Shown here one piece after another: positions 38,131 through 50,113 of a stretch of 64,000 bases of DNA. Source of the stretch: Podarcis bocagei (taxonomy: Eukaryota). The translations under genes and the position numbers were made by a program. The DNA is taken from assembly GCA_964188305.1 (NCBI GenBank), contig OZ076892.1; one strand, given 5' to 3'. The notes under the pieces were generated by a model. It worked only from the letters and a program-made list of their open reading frames with translations, made no database searches and had not been told where the DNA came from. Positions within the stretch are counted from its first letter, which is position 1. Every line of letters begins with the position of its first letter.

Positions 38131-38672
38131 GTTATGAACTTAATTCATTCCAGAGGTCTGTTCTTAACCTGAAACTGTTCTTAACTAGAGGCGTGCTTTC
38201 GCTAATGGGGCCTCTTGCTGCCACTGCCCCACCAGCACATGATTTCCGTCCTTGATCTCCGCCAACAATTCTTAGACCATCTATGTATCCCAATGAGGAA
38301 ACCAGAGACAGAGGTTATACGCTTCTTATTACAGGGGAGAGACCAGGAGCTCACCAAGACAGTAGCTAAGTTCCTCTATTTGATTTTTTGCTGCCGAAGT
38401 ACGCTACAGGACCCTGCCCTTGCTGGAGACCCACAGAGGTGAAATAGATTGCTCGCCTCTTCTTCCCTTTGGCAAATGATTGAACTGTTGAAATGGCAAC
38501 GAGATTGCATTGGCCTATTTATTCTGAATGTTTGTAAGTGATGCCAATAAAGGTTTGATGATGATGATGATGATTTCTGTTCTCATCCTGGGGCAAAGTT
38601 CTCAACTCAAGGTAACTCTTCCAGGTTAGCAGAGTTTGTAACCTGAAGCGTTTGTAACTCGAGGTACCACTG
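38131..38672. mobile_element. Tc1/mariner MITE split by a ~320-bp LINE 3' fragment (about 38250-38570, + strand)
   Basis: MITE halves join at the duplicated ATGATTTC(C/T)GT. The insert encodes DLRQQFL...RFLLQG...VAKFL-stop, then AATAAAGGTTT(GAT)n. Confidence 0.75.
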
Positions 38673-39585
38673 TATTTAAAATAGGTGAAGTAATACACAT
38701 TACCATCCACAGCAGATGTCAGGAACCTTTGGCCTTCCATATGTTGCTCAACAACTTCCATCAGCCCTTGTAAGCATGCCCAATGGCTGGGGGTGATAGG
38801 AGCTGTAGTTCAGCAATATCCGGAGAGTCAAAAGTTCCATATACCTGATCCAAAGTGAACCCTGCCTGCCCCTGGTGAAAGCCTAAAACTAACTAACTAC
38901 ACCACAGTTCCCATCTTGTGGTGAGGGGAGATATCACTTTGTATACTTCCTGTTCAGCACGACAGCACCCAAAAAAAGGGAAGGGTGCTCATAAGAACGC
39001 ACTCTTAGGTGACAGTGGCTCCAACCTTCCAGTGTGGTAGCCATGTTACATTTGTTGCAGCAGAAACAATAAAGAAACTTCTTGACAAGACTAAAAAAAA
39101 TATTAGGGCCTAAGCATTTGGACACTAAAGAGCCCCACTTTTTAAGAGGCACAGTGCTTGAAGTGAACTAGCTCTGCGTTACCAAGTTCAGTTAATTAGT
39201 TAAAAACTCCCTAAACTACACCTGTAAATAATTCCCATAATTGCTGGGTGAACTGAAGATAAATTAAGTTTGTTTTTTCTGGTAGAAAGATGTGAAGTTC
39301 ATCTTTGTGTTCATTCTCTTACTCTTTGGGCCTGTAAGCTTAAATATAATAATTACTGGAGGAAATAAACAACCCAATTCCACTGTGTGTTTTTTTAATG
39401 CTTCCTTAGTCTTTTAAAGTATATTTTATATTTCAGCACAGCAACTTATAATGTTTAGATATGGTGGCATCTTTCAGTGGGTGAGATGTGCTGGATTCCT
39501 TTTTTTACGTAAACACAATATTTTTTAGTTTTTGTTTCATTTTAGCTGTATATTGGTTTTAATTTTATTTTTAACTCACTTTGAG

Positions 39586-39632
<47 letters not shown>
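39586..39632. repeat. (AAT)n microsatellite
   Basis: Direct reading. Confidence 0.9.
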
Positions 39633-39633
<1 letters not shown>

Positions 39634-42026
39634 CTGAATGCTTTATTTTTATTTTATTTTGCCAAGGATCATTTGGACAAACTGTGAACTGAAAATGAAT
39701 TAAACCAGTTCATTCTGTGAAGGGACGGGCGTAAACTTGGATTAATCCCTTTCTGGACATGCTGAACTTAAACTAGAACTGGATTATCCTGAATGACTTA
39801 AGCTACAGCCTGTTACAAAGGTGGGGGTACCTGTGGGCCCCCGAGAGGTCATCAGGATTCTAGCTCCCATTGTTCCTGACACTGTCCATACTGGCTAAGA
39901 CTGATGGAAATTTGAGTGCAACAGCATCAGAAAAGCCACAGGTTCTCCATCCTTGGCCTACAGCAGGGCTGCCCTTACAGATGACTCAGAAACCTCGACT
40001 GGTTCAAAGTGCAGTGGCTAGATTACTAACAGGTTGTCTTTAGAACCCATATAACCCAAAACAATTCCATTGGCTGCCATTGTTTCTGGGCCCAATTTAA
40101 GGCACTGACAACTATCCTTACCTACAGACCCTCTCGGGTGTTAAGATAAACGTGTGTGTGTGTGTGTGTGCGCGCGCGCGCGCCTTGGTATTTATGCTAC
40201 CCTCAGAAGTTTGGGACATTTCATGTGGCAGCCCTCAAATTGTGGACTTCCTCCTTGACAGAGGTGCGTCTGACACCTTCACTATACAGCTTTCCACAAA
40301 TGCTTGAAGAGGCAACCTCTTCACTCCGGCCTCTGACACTAGAGGTGTGTTTTTTCAGGACCCTATTCTTACAAGCAAAATTTGGTTTAGCCGCTTTTAA
40401 TTATGAATGTTAAATTGTTGCAACCTGCCCTGAGACCTGCTGGCAAACAACAACAACAACAACACATATTTTCCCCTCTCAGGCAGCAGGGTACCACCTT
40501 TCCCAAAGGAGCAATTCAAGATATCTGCAATGTTGCAGCAGCCTCTAGATCTCGCATGTCCCAATCAGAGAAGTGCCCACCACTGTACAAAGAAGAAAAG
40601 CCCACCCAGTGTCTAGAGCCTGGGGGCTCTGGACTTTCCCCAGCACAGCTACTGAAGCTGGTGAGTGATAATATAAGCAGGCCTAGATTGCCTGCCCTCC
40701 ACTGCCAGTACAATTTAATTGGGGTAGGCAGGATCAGGCTCTCCAAGGCTGAAGAACTGGCCATCCTCAAATCAGCTCTCTTAAGAGCACATCTACACTA
40801 TGAATTTAAACCAGCCTCAAATAGTTTTGCTGTGATGACCCTGGGGTCTCCCTCATCGCACACACAAAAAACCGTAACGGAATTTTTGGAAATGAACCTA
40901 CCACAACCAAGCCATATACTGCAAATAATCAGCTGTCAATAACCACATTTGCACTCCACAGACCCACAAATCCTCATTTGGCATTCAGTGCTCATTTACA
41001 AATGTTTATAGACACACAGATGCACTTCTTACTCAACAAGCCTCACTTTGTGTTATATCACTTCGTTTAACACCACCTTTACGAGAGAAAAATAGGATGC
41101 CATGCAATTGTCGAAAAGTACTGATGCGAGTCAATTCAGTAATCACAAACTGAAACCCAAACCCTATACTCTTAACGACATCACACTCTTCAACAGCGGA
41201 GAATTACAGATTTCTGCTCCAGATTCTATACACATAATGTGGGTTGCAAATCCACTCTTTGCCCATAAATATGATTTGAAAGGTGTGGGGCTGGGAACCC
41301 CACCCCATTGTTTCATCATTTCAATTTAGAGTACAGCAGGGTGCTAGAGTGTGCAAAACCAGCTGCCTTAAGTGATCCTGGGTGTAAGCACATTTACGTG
41401 GAAGTATCTCATTGATTGAAGTATCGGCACAGTTGAGAACAGGGCCTTGCATTTAATTGAACCCTACTAATCATGCTGTACATTATTCCCATTTTCAGAA
41501 AAATATGATTTATTCCCCCCCCCCGAACATAGTGTTCTCTTCTTTTTTCAAGATAGGATTGTTATTCCTACAGTCTTTTGCCAACACAGTTCCAAAACAT
41601 ACACATTCCAATATCATAATCTAGCTTCAAATCCTCTTACACTGACTATTTTGCACTGCTGAATAATATACCAGAAAGGGGAAATGGATGACCAGGAAAG
41701 CTGATAGAAAGCTCGCAAACACTTGAGTTGGCATCCTTGAATAGCAGTTTTGCCTGCCTATTGGAGGCTGCAACCCTGAACCCTCCTCTCTAACATGGGA
41801 GCTAAAACTAGATGCATTCAGCATAAGAACATCACAAGATATAGCTCTCTCAATTGTCACTGAGGACCACAAACCCCTGTCTCCCACCAGCATATATACA
41901 GTGTGCACACTGGCAGGGGTGAGGGGTGGATAGAATGAGAAATTATCAAATAGAAATGTGGTCAAATATTAAAACAGAGAAATTATTTCTTTGCGTTCTC
42001 ATTTTGGTTTTTCGCAATCATCTTAC

Positions 42027-42118
42027 CACTGGAGACGAAATTCGACACCCAGGGCAATCACAGATTGGAGGATGTACCTGTAAGATTCCTTTGGACATAA
42101 GAGTCTTCAAACTTTTCC
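42027..42118 (-). CDS. SAMD11: SAMD11 coding exon 2 (92 bp); also contains the ATG of the shorter isoform
   Basis: Polypyrimidine tract plus CAG acceptor (AG 42120-42119) and donor GTG|GTAAGA (GT 42026-42025). Encodes (G)KSLKTLMSKGILQVHPPICDCPGCRISSPV, the same as recalled mammalian SAMD11. The phase joins exon 1 correctly (G+GG=Gly). Internal ATG at 42098. Confidence 0.95.
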
Positions 42119-45100
42119 CTGGATGAAAAAGAAAAAAGAGGGGAATGGGGAGAATGGAAAGAACAAAACAAGTATTTAGTTTGGCTTTTAAAAAGAAAGA
42201 GACTGAGAGGCTTTGCACAAAACAAGCCAGCCTCTACCCACCCCCACCCCCTTTTACAGGGCCCTGGCTTGCACCCTAATTGAACTTTGTACCCTGTGGT
42301 AATGATGAAAAGGAGTAGCAGTGCTCATTAGCCCCTATCTAACCTTGTTAAAAATGTTCGCCAGGCTGAAAAATAATAGGGGAACCCTGAAAAGGAGAGG
42401 CCTTGGAGGAGCAGCACTGCTCTGCACCCACCCCGCCTCCCCCTGGATCAAGCAAACACCATTCAAGATGCCTGCATTTGCAATTCACAGCCATGACGCC
42501 AGCACTCTAAGGATAAAACACACACAACTGAAAGCAGGTAAAGAAAGGCAAACAACAGGCTGAAGAGACAGGCGGGGAGCGCAGGGAGCTTAGCCCCCGC
42601 TGCCCCTGAAAAACTCTTTTCTCCGTCCCTTGAACACCAGCTCTCCTTCCCAGAGGAATGAGGGGGCTTTTCTTGAAGGCGGCCGGAGGAAGGGGGTAGC
42701 AGCATCATTAGAGCGGCGGCAACAACAGCCGCTCTCCTCCTCCTCCTCGAGGCGATCAATAAACAAGGCGAGGTGTCAGTCACCTCCTAATGGCTCTTGG
42801 GACCCTCGGCGTGACACATGCAGCCCTCGGCTAATGACATGTCAAGGCGGACGCCTCTTGGGCTTCCCACCTCCTTCACCCAGCTCTCCGGCCCCCGCTT
42901 CGCCCCAGCCCAGCCTCAGCTGCCTCTCCGAGCCCGGGCAGTGAAATAAAATAAAATAAAATGAGGCGCGCGGGGGGGGGGGTGTAAAAAAGAGAGAGCG
43001 CGCAAATGCAAGCCACAGGGGCGATCCTCGCCTCCTTGCACAACAGCAACTACGACGCACCCGCTTGCCGCTCCACTTTTCCCGGGGAAAGTCGCTGGGG
43101 CGAAGGTGCGGGGAGATTTTGTGAAATTAAATTGTTAATAAAGGAGGAGGAGGGAAGAGGAGTAGCCGCCAGCACAGACCTCCCTCCCTCCCACCCACCA
43201 GCTCCCTCGCCGCCGCCACCCACCTGCCTCGGCGCATTGGCGGATCCGGACTGAGCGGCTGGGGTTGGGATTTCGGTTTCTATTCGCATCAGCCCTCTCC
43301 GAAGCGACTCCCCCCACCCACAGGCGCGCTTCCAGAGTAGAGCAAGGCAGGCGCAGCAGACCCGCGGTTTCCCCCCCCCCGACCCGCTCCTCCGCTTAAC
43401 CTCAGCGTCGGCAGAAGGGGCGACCCAAAAGCACCGAGGCCAGTCCCGGATCGGGACGCAAGCGGCAGATCAACAGCAAGCCACGGAAGACGCCACACTG
43501 CGGGTTGGAGGAGGGACACCACAGGTCCACGTGCCTCTTGCCTGTCCGAGGTGGGGGGGGGGGAGCAGCTCCGCTCATTGCGACGCCGGTAAAAAACTCA
43601 ACCTCTCACAAGACACACACATACTTGGAAATCGGCCCCGCTGAGTTCAGAGGGACTTGCTCCCAAGTTAGGATCGCGCCCTCTAAGAATGCCACGCTAC
43701 GCGCAAACACGAAGCTTGCGTTTCTGAACACCCCTTCTCCCCCCCCTCCAGAAAGCAGCGAGGTTGCTGCGCCTCACTTGCCATTCGGGGGGGGGGGTGC
43801 GGGCGAGAGGCGAGGCCACCGCGCCAAAAGCGCTCCCGCCAGTCGCAGACGAGCAGCAGCGGAAAGGGGGTTCTCCAAAGTCGCGCCTAGCCGCCCCGGC
43901 GCAAAAGCTACACTCACTTGGAGAAGAGGGAAGAGCGAAGAGCTTCGGTTTGGCGGGCGGGGGGGGGGTAGGGGTGACGGGGCGGGCGCGCCGTTCACAC
44001 ATACACACACTGAGCTAGACGTAAACAGCAGCTGTGCAGACACAACCGCGAAGGGCGCCCAGCGCCAAAACCACAACTCCGCAGCCAGGCGAGCAGCGCC
44101 TCGAAGGGGACGCGCCGTCGGGGCAGCAGAGAAAACAACGCAAAAGGCAGCTCCAAAAAGGATAGAAGTATGTATCTCTGTCGACCCTTTGCTGTCCTGC
44201 TTCGATCCCCCACTACACGCACACACGCAAAAAGAGCCCAGAAACACACACCAGACTCCGGGCGCCAAAGCGCTGGCGGCTCAACCTGGCCTCGAGAAGT
44301 TGCAGCCTCGGGTCACTTCGGAGGCGCACTCCAGACAGTCCTTCGCTCCGCGCCAGGCGGCTCTGGTTTGAAGTGGAGGAAAGATGAGTCTCTTCCAATT
44401 CTCAACCTCCCCCCCCCTCCAACTGGCTGGCGCGCGCGCGCGCGAGACTCCGCCACCGCCCAACAAGTGCAATCTCCCCCCCCCCCCATGGGCACATGCT
44501 GCTGCCGCCGCCGCTCTTAAAAAAATAAATAATCCACCCTCGGTTTTACTTGGCCCGCAAAATACAAGAGGCGCGCATCAATAAGTCTCGTCAACTTTCT
44601 AAGCACACGCGAAAACTTCATCTCCGCCGTCGGTTCTTTCGGATTCTGTAGCGCATTCGCGGCGTTCGTTCGTTCACACGCACGAAAGGCGAGTTTATTC
44701 TAAAGGCGTGTTTGTGTCAGTTTGACTTTCCGAAAGTAAAAAGGGCAGTTTATAAAAAGTGGGGCGGAGGACAAGGCTTGTGAAGGACGCACTTACAAAC
44801 CCTCGCGGAACATCATCCCGCACACCCGTTGGCCGACAGCTGTTCCCCCCGCTGGGCATCCAGGGATTCGGCGGTGGAGAGGGAACTGGGAACGCGCCCC
44901 CTCGGAAAACCGCGGGAGTTTCCCAGTTTGACGGGACTCTCTTCTAACACGCGCCGATAGTTAACGCGGTCACGCCCCTCCCACCGGAACGTCGAATCTC
45001 CGGGAATGCGCAAAGGAGTCAAGAGTGCCTCGGAACATGAACAGAGATCTTTCCCCGTAACATTCAGTGAACAACAATCAACCCACCACGCGATTACGGG

Positions 45101-45492
45101 ATAGCGAGGCGCGGAGACACTTGAACCCAAGCCACCTATCATTTTAGCAGTTGCACACTATTTCTGGTAAAACGAAGAGCCCTGGGGAAAAATAAAGCTT
45201 ATCAAGCCTGTCCACCCCCTTCCCTTATCCGAGATCGGGACGATGCAAAGGCTTGTTCCGTCTACTGTTTGATGAGGGAAAGGGAGCCTTCTAAAATCAT
45301 ACACACCCTACCTACTTTTCCCCACCAGCCGCCTGACGAGGAGCCCTGCGCGCCTCGAAAGCCGGCACTTTCGCCCCAGAGAGAAGCCAGCCGAGCAAGC
45401 CGAAAGGAGCAGCCCCCGTCGCCTGGCGCGCCCCGACTTCCCGCCCCGGTTAGCTCGCTCTCTTCCCCGCCGGCCGGCCGCTCGGTCGGTAC
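42119..45492 (-). other. SAMD11: SAMD11 intron 1 (3374 bp, GT-AG), largely CpG island
   Basis: Bounded by the GT donor of exon 1 and the AG acceptor of exon 2, with compatible phase. Confidence 0.9.
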
Positions 45493-46620
45493 CTTTGTGC
45501 CGGATGCTCCGCTTCCAGTCCTTGGCGGTCTCCCGGCCGCTGACGAACTGGAACTCGTTGGGAGTGAGCCACTCTCCCCGGTAGCGAATGGAGGGCCCTT
45601 TGCTGCCCTGGCACAACTTATTGATGTAGAGGAGCGCCTTGTTCTCGCCGCACTCCACCTCGATGCAAGGCTCGCCGTTGTCGAAGAAGGGCTGGAAATC
45701 CGGGATGGACGAGAAGCGCTCCAGCATCAGGTCCTCGGGGAGGGGGTGCGGATGGGAGTGGGCGGCGGCGTGGGGCGCCGCGTGGAAGTCCAGGTAAGCG
45801 CGCTGCTGCTGGTGATGGTGGTGCTGGTGGTGCGCAGCGGTGGCGAAGATCTGCTCGTAGGCAGGCGGGTGCGGGGTCACCACGGGGATGGCGGCGGCCG
45901 CCAAGGGGACCAGGTAGTCGGGCAAGGTCTCCATGGGCTGGTTAAAGGCGGCCAGCGCCAGCTCCTCGCGGTCCGGGCGCTCCCTCTTGATGGCCGGCAT
46001 GGTGGCGGCGACAGCGGCGCGCTCAGCCGGCGGCGGCGGCGGCTGCTCTTCCCAGGCTGCAAGTTGCGCGCTTGGAATGAGCCTCCCGCAAGAGCAGCAG
46101 CAGCAAAAGCAGCAACAGCCCCAGCACAAGCAGCACCTTGCAGGCGCCGGCTGGAGCGGCGGCGGCGGCGAACCCGCTTGCAAAGCTCCCCAGCGGCGCA
46201 GCAGCCAAGGGGCGCCGGGATCCCGCAGCCAGCAACCCGAGCTTAATGCGCCCGGGAGGAGTTCAGAGCGGTGGCGGCGGCAGCGGCGGCAGATCTGCCC
46301 CTCCGGGTTAATACTTGACATCTTGGCCAGGGAGAGGGCGCCGCCGCCGCCACAGCTGCTGCCGCCGCCGCCGCCGGAGACATGGTTTCGGTCGCCAAAG
46401 GTTTATTGATCTCCACTCACACATACACACCCCCGCCGCCGCCGCCCCCCCCCCAGCCGCGGATCGACCCTGCGCCTCTGCCTAGCGACCTCTTTTTTCT
46501 CTCTCTCTCTTTCTCTCTCCCCCACCCCCCACTTTCCCGCCTGGAGTATCCCCTTCTGGCTTGCCCTGCCAGCCCACGCAGCCCTCCCTGCTCGTTTGCC
46601 TGGCGTTTTATTTTTAATCT
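42560..46620. promoter_or_regulatory. Large CpG island covering the SAMD11 promoter, exon 1 and intron 1
   Basis: Visibly high GC and CpG density (CGCGCG runs, GCC/CCG repeats) with no recognisable TE. A TA-rich TATA-like stretch at 46646-46662 lies upstream on the minus strand. Confidence 0.85.
45493..46000 (-). CDS. SAMD11: SAMD11 long isoform, coding exon 1 (N-terminus and most of the SAND domain)
   Basis: ATG at 46000 in context GCCGCCACC-ATG. Translation MPAIKRERPDREELAL...PDFQPFFDNGEPCIEVECGENKALLYINKLCQGSKGPSIRYRGEWLTPNEFQFVSGRETAKDWKRSIRHK matches my recollection of the long human SAMD11 N-terminus (MPAVKKEFPGREDLAL...DNGEPCIEVECG...KDWKRSIRHKG). The exon ends AAAG|GTACCG (GT at 45492-45491); 508 nt, phase 1. 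Confidence 0.95.
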
Positions 46621-48434
46621 GGTTGTGTGCGAGTGGTTCTTTTTTAAATATATATATATATTACAGTCACCTAAAATCTTGCAGCCTTATTTTTTCTCTC
46701 CGTTCCACGCGGGTAACGCACTTTCACTCCCCTGCCCCGCCACTTGCAAAAAACGTAATTTTTTAAAACTGCATTTTTTTTATTTTAAAAATTGCAATTG
46801 CATTAGCGCAACCTTTGCAACGTTGCTTTCCTTCCCTCCCACACAAGCCTGCAACTTTTCCACAGGTCTGTCTCCCCGCTATTAATAATAATTTTAAAAA
46901 ACCCACCCACATGCATCCACACGTGCACCTGCAAAAGGGGATATTTCTCAAACGACGCCCCCTCCCAGCGAAGCCTATTGAGATGGTTAGGAAATCAATT
47001 TCTAGGCTAGAAATTAAAAGCAACCTAGAATTTTAAAAAATTAATAAAATTAAAACGCTTTCACAGTCGACAATTCCCCCTCCCCAATAAACAGCGGCCT
47101 TGCCTTTACTAGAAGTAAGGGGGTTCTATTTGGCTGGGCTTCCTCCTACAGGCACCCCTGATAGAAACATATATATTGATATATTTTCGGAAGTCAGGAG
47201 TGGAGTTCTGAGACACTCCGACCAAACAAGCTTTTCCCTCCGCTGCCGATTCTCCAACTTGCCCCATTTAAACAGCACAAGGCGCTTGCAAAAAAAAGAG
47301 AGGCGGAAAAAGTGGAAGGTGGGGGGACTGACTCTAGGAGAGGGGGGTAAGCGACGGACAACCACCTCCTTCAAAGAACCACACAATCGTCTCCCCCGTG
47401 TTTTTTTTATGCCCAAATTAACCGGGGTGGGTGGGTTAATAAAGGTTGCTCTTCTTACCCGTGGACTCTGGAGGCCTTTGGAGTCAGTGGGTGTCACTGG
47501 GGCTTTGCCCCGAACCTGTTTTCAGCTGGAAGGCTCACTGCTGCCTTGGGCAGCAAGAGTGAAAGTCTCTCATCGCAACTCTGGTGTTTGGAAAGAATGG
47601 GCTTCTGAAATAAGGCAAGTGTGGTGCAGGCAGCTGTGAGCCCCTGCACACATTTTTTTTTTGGGGGGGGGTTAAGTGATCTTCTCATGAGGAATCTTAC
47701 TTAGAGGAGCATTTTCTACATCACGGATAGGGAACCTGAGACCCACCAGAAGATGTTGGGTTCACAACTCTCACCATCTCCAGCTAGCAAGGACAACTGT
47801 CAGCACCAGGTTCCCCACTCCACCAATGCATTGCCCATGTTGTCTTCAGGACAAGCATCTTAAACATCATGGCAGTCCTCTGTTATGGTTCTCAGTCTGA
47901 CTGCAAATTTTCACTGCAGAAGCAGACCTCTAAGGAGAACAAGACGTTCCAGGCCAGAGTGGGGCTGACCCCCTTTTTGGATACTGCCCTTGTGTTTTGG
48001 ACAGTCACACTACGCAAGGGTCACTGTGTTCTCCAGACAGTATTCTTGGAACCCAGAACCACCACCTCCATCATAAAACTGGCCCCATAAAACTCTTGTA
48101 TTCCTGTCCTGTTTATGGCCTTCCCACTGAAGCATCTGATTGGCCAATGTGAGAGCAGGATGTTTTGAAACAGCTGGTTTTTTTAATCAAGAATTTTATC
48201 AAGGGTTTTTGTTGTTGTTTTTTTGTAAACCACTTATCAGGTTTCTTAAAGCTGTAAATTTTGTAGAATGTAAAATAAAAAAGCAAAGGATGCTGGATTG
48301 GCCGGGCCTTGGGCCTGATCCAGGGGGAAAACTCCTCTTATGTTAATCTAGGTCAGGAAAGGAAGCTACGGAGAACATGTCCTTAGGGAGAGCTCTACAT
48401 CTAAATATATATAAAGCACGTAACCAAAAATGTA

Positions 48435-48649
48435 CAGTGGTACCTCGGGTTACATACGCTTCAGGTTACAGACTCCACTAACCCAGAAATAGTACCTCGG
48501 GTTAAGAACTTTGCTTCAGGATGAGAACAGAAATTGTGCTCCGGCAGCGGGAGGCCTCGTTAGCTAAAGTGGTGCTTCAGGTTAAGAACAGTTTCAGCTT
48601 AAGAACAGACCTCTGGAACGAATTAAGTACTTAACCCGAGGTGCCACTG
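48435..48649 (+). mobile_element. Tc1/mariner-type MITE family A copy
   Basis: TA-CAGTGGTACCTCGGGTTA...TAACCCGAGGTGCCACTG-TA. Confidence 0.88.
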
Positions 48650-49852
48650 TAATAACAAAAGAGTTGAATTCAATGTTAGTCTTACTCAGAGGAGAACCAT
48701 TGAAATTAATGAACAATTTCAGTGGGTCTACCCTGAATAAAAGTTAGTTGAATGCAACCCAAAGTGTGGAATTGGATCTCTATTTCATACTACATTTGTT
48801 CTAAAAATAAAAATTGGCAGAGCTAGCAGGGGCCAGGAAAAAAATGACTGTGGGGGTGGATCTGGGACCACCAGTTGCCTGTCCTAAAACAACTGTATTT
48901 GGCTGCTGTCACAGACAGACTTGTGGGCCACTGTGTCCCTGTTCTGAGGATGATCCAGTCCAGATGTTCTTATATAATATAAAGCAGCTGGAGAAATAAT
49001 TTAAAAAAAACACAAGCAGAACAACACCACCACCCAAACCCCACACCTTTTCTTGACACTCCCTCTTGTTGAATGCCTTGTGCATGGAGGAAGGAGAAAA
49101 AAGTGGTGATCTTGGTTTGTGGTTCACAACTTGGGTGTGTCAGGGAGATATCCTACCTAATTGCCACATTTACTGCTTTCCATTAAAAGTTTAATGGCAA
49201 GGTTTAAAATATTACATTACATTGTACTGCATGTTTACTTGCCAATATTTCGCTGTATTTGATTATTTCCTCCCCCCCCCCCAAAAAAAAAATTAATGAT
49301 GATGATGAGGCAAAGCTTGGCAGGCAGCCTACCAGAAAATGAACTACTTCCCACCCTTCATTTGGAATATTTGAAACTGTTTGTAGACAAGCAGCCCCCC
49401 TAAAGCTCTGAGAAAAGAGTGATGCTCAGAGTTTTCTGTCTCCCTGCTGGTCGCCAAGGACAAACCGGCGCCAAAAGCGGTTTGTCAGAGAAGCCTTGTG
49501 CCAATCTTGTCAGAGCTGAAGGAGACTCTGAATGCAGGAGGGCACAGCGAGGAACTCCCCAGTTACAGCTGCGCTCTGTAAAAACAGAGCTTTCTGATGC
49601 TGCGTCCATGTCCAGTACTAGAGCACCCCTTTGGGAATGCTTTGAGCTCAAGGTCACACCACAGCCCATCCATCCTCATTTGCAGGGTAACTAAGTGCGA
49701 TGCAGTTGTTAGTGTGCTGGACTATGACTGGGGAGACCAGGGTTCAGATCCTCACTGGGTGACCTGGGGTCAGTCACAGTCTCTCAGCCTAACCTACCTC
49801 TCAGGGTTGTTGTGAGAAGAGCTGTGTACTCCTTGAAGGAAAGGTGGGATTA

Positions 49853-50113
49853 CAGTGGACGCTCGGATTGCGAACATGATCCGTGCAGGAGGCATGTTTG
49901 CAACCCACAGCATTCACAACCAGCAGCGCTGCGTCTGCACACGTGCGGGTTGCGATTCAGCGCTTCTGCACATGCGCAAAGTGTGATTTAGCTCTTCTGT
50001 GCATGTGTGACTGCCGAAACCCGGAAGTAACCCATTCGGGTACTTCCAGGTTTTGGCACGTCCGTAACCCATAAAAACGCAACCTGAAGCATCTGTAACC
50101 TGCGGTATGACTG
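49853..50113. mobile_element. Tc1/mariner-type MITE family B copy
   Basis: TA-CAGTGG...GGTATGACTG-TA; reverse orientation relative to 20169-20414. Confidence 0.75.

Larger units (their letters stand above)
1..42026 (-). other. SAMD11: Probable SAMD11 intron 2 (continues past the window start)
   Basis: Starts at the GTAAGA donor. No sequence encoding the expected next exon (NRGRLADKR-like) was recognised, but a short exon could have been missed by eye. Confidence 0.6.

Noticed and set aside
38953-38970. REST/NRSE-like TTCAGCAC-GACAGCACC
   Set aside because: Half-sites are truncated and lack canonical spacing.
40403-40942. 179-aa + strand ORF
   Set aside because: Begins in repeat and microsatellite sequence, antisense within the intron, with no recognisable homology.
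43505-44371. 288-aa + strand ORF
   Set aside because: Non-ATG start and low-complexity CpG-island sequence inside intron 1.
45308-45492. C-terminal part of the 337-aa ORF (GTDRAAGRR...)
   Set aside because: Read-through into intron 1; homology stops at the GT donor.
45269-46246. 325-aa + strand ORF
   Set aside because: Antisense shadow of GC-rich SAMD11 exon 1; no recognisable domain.
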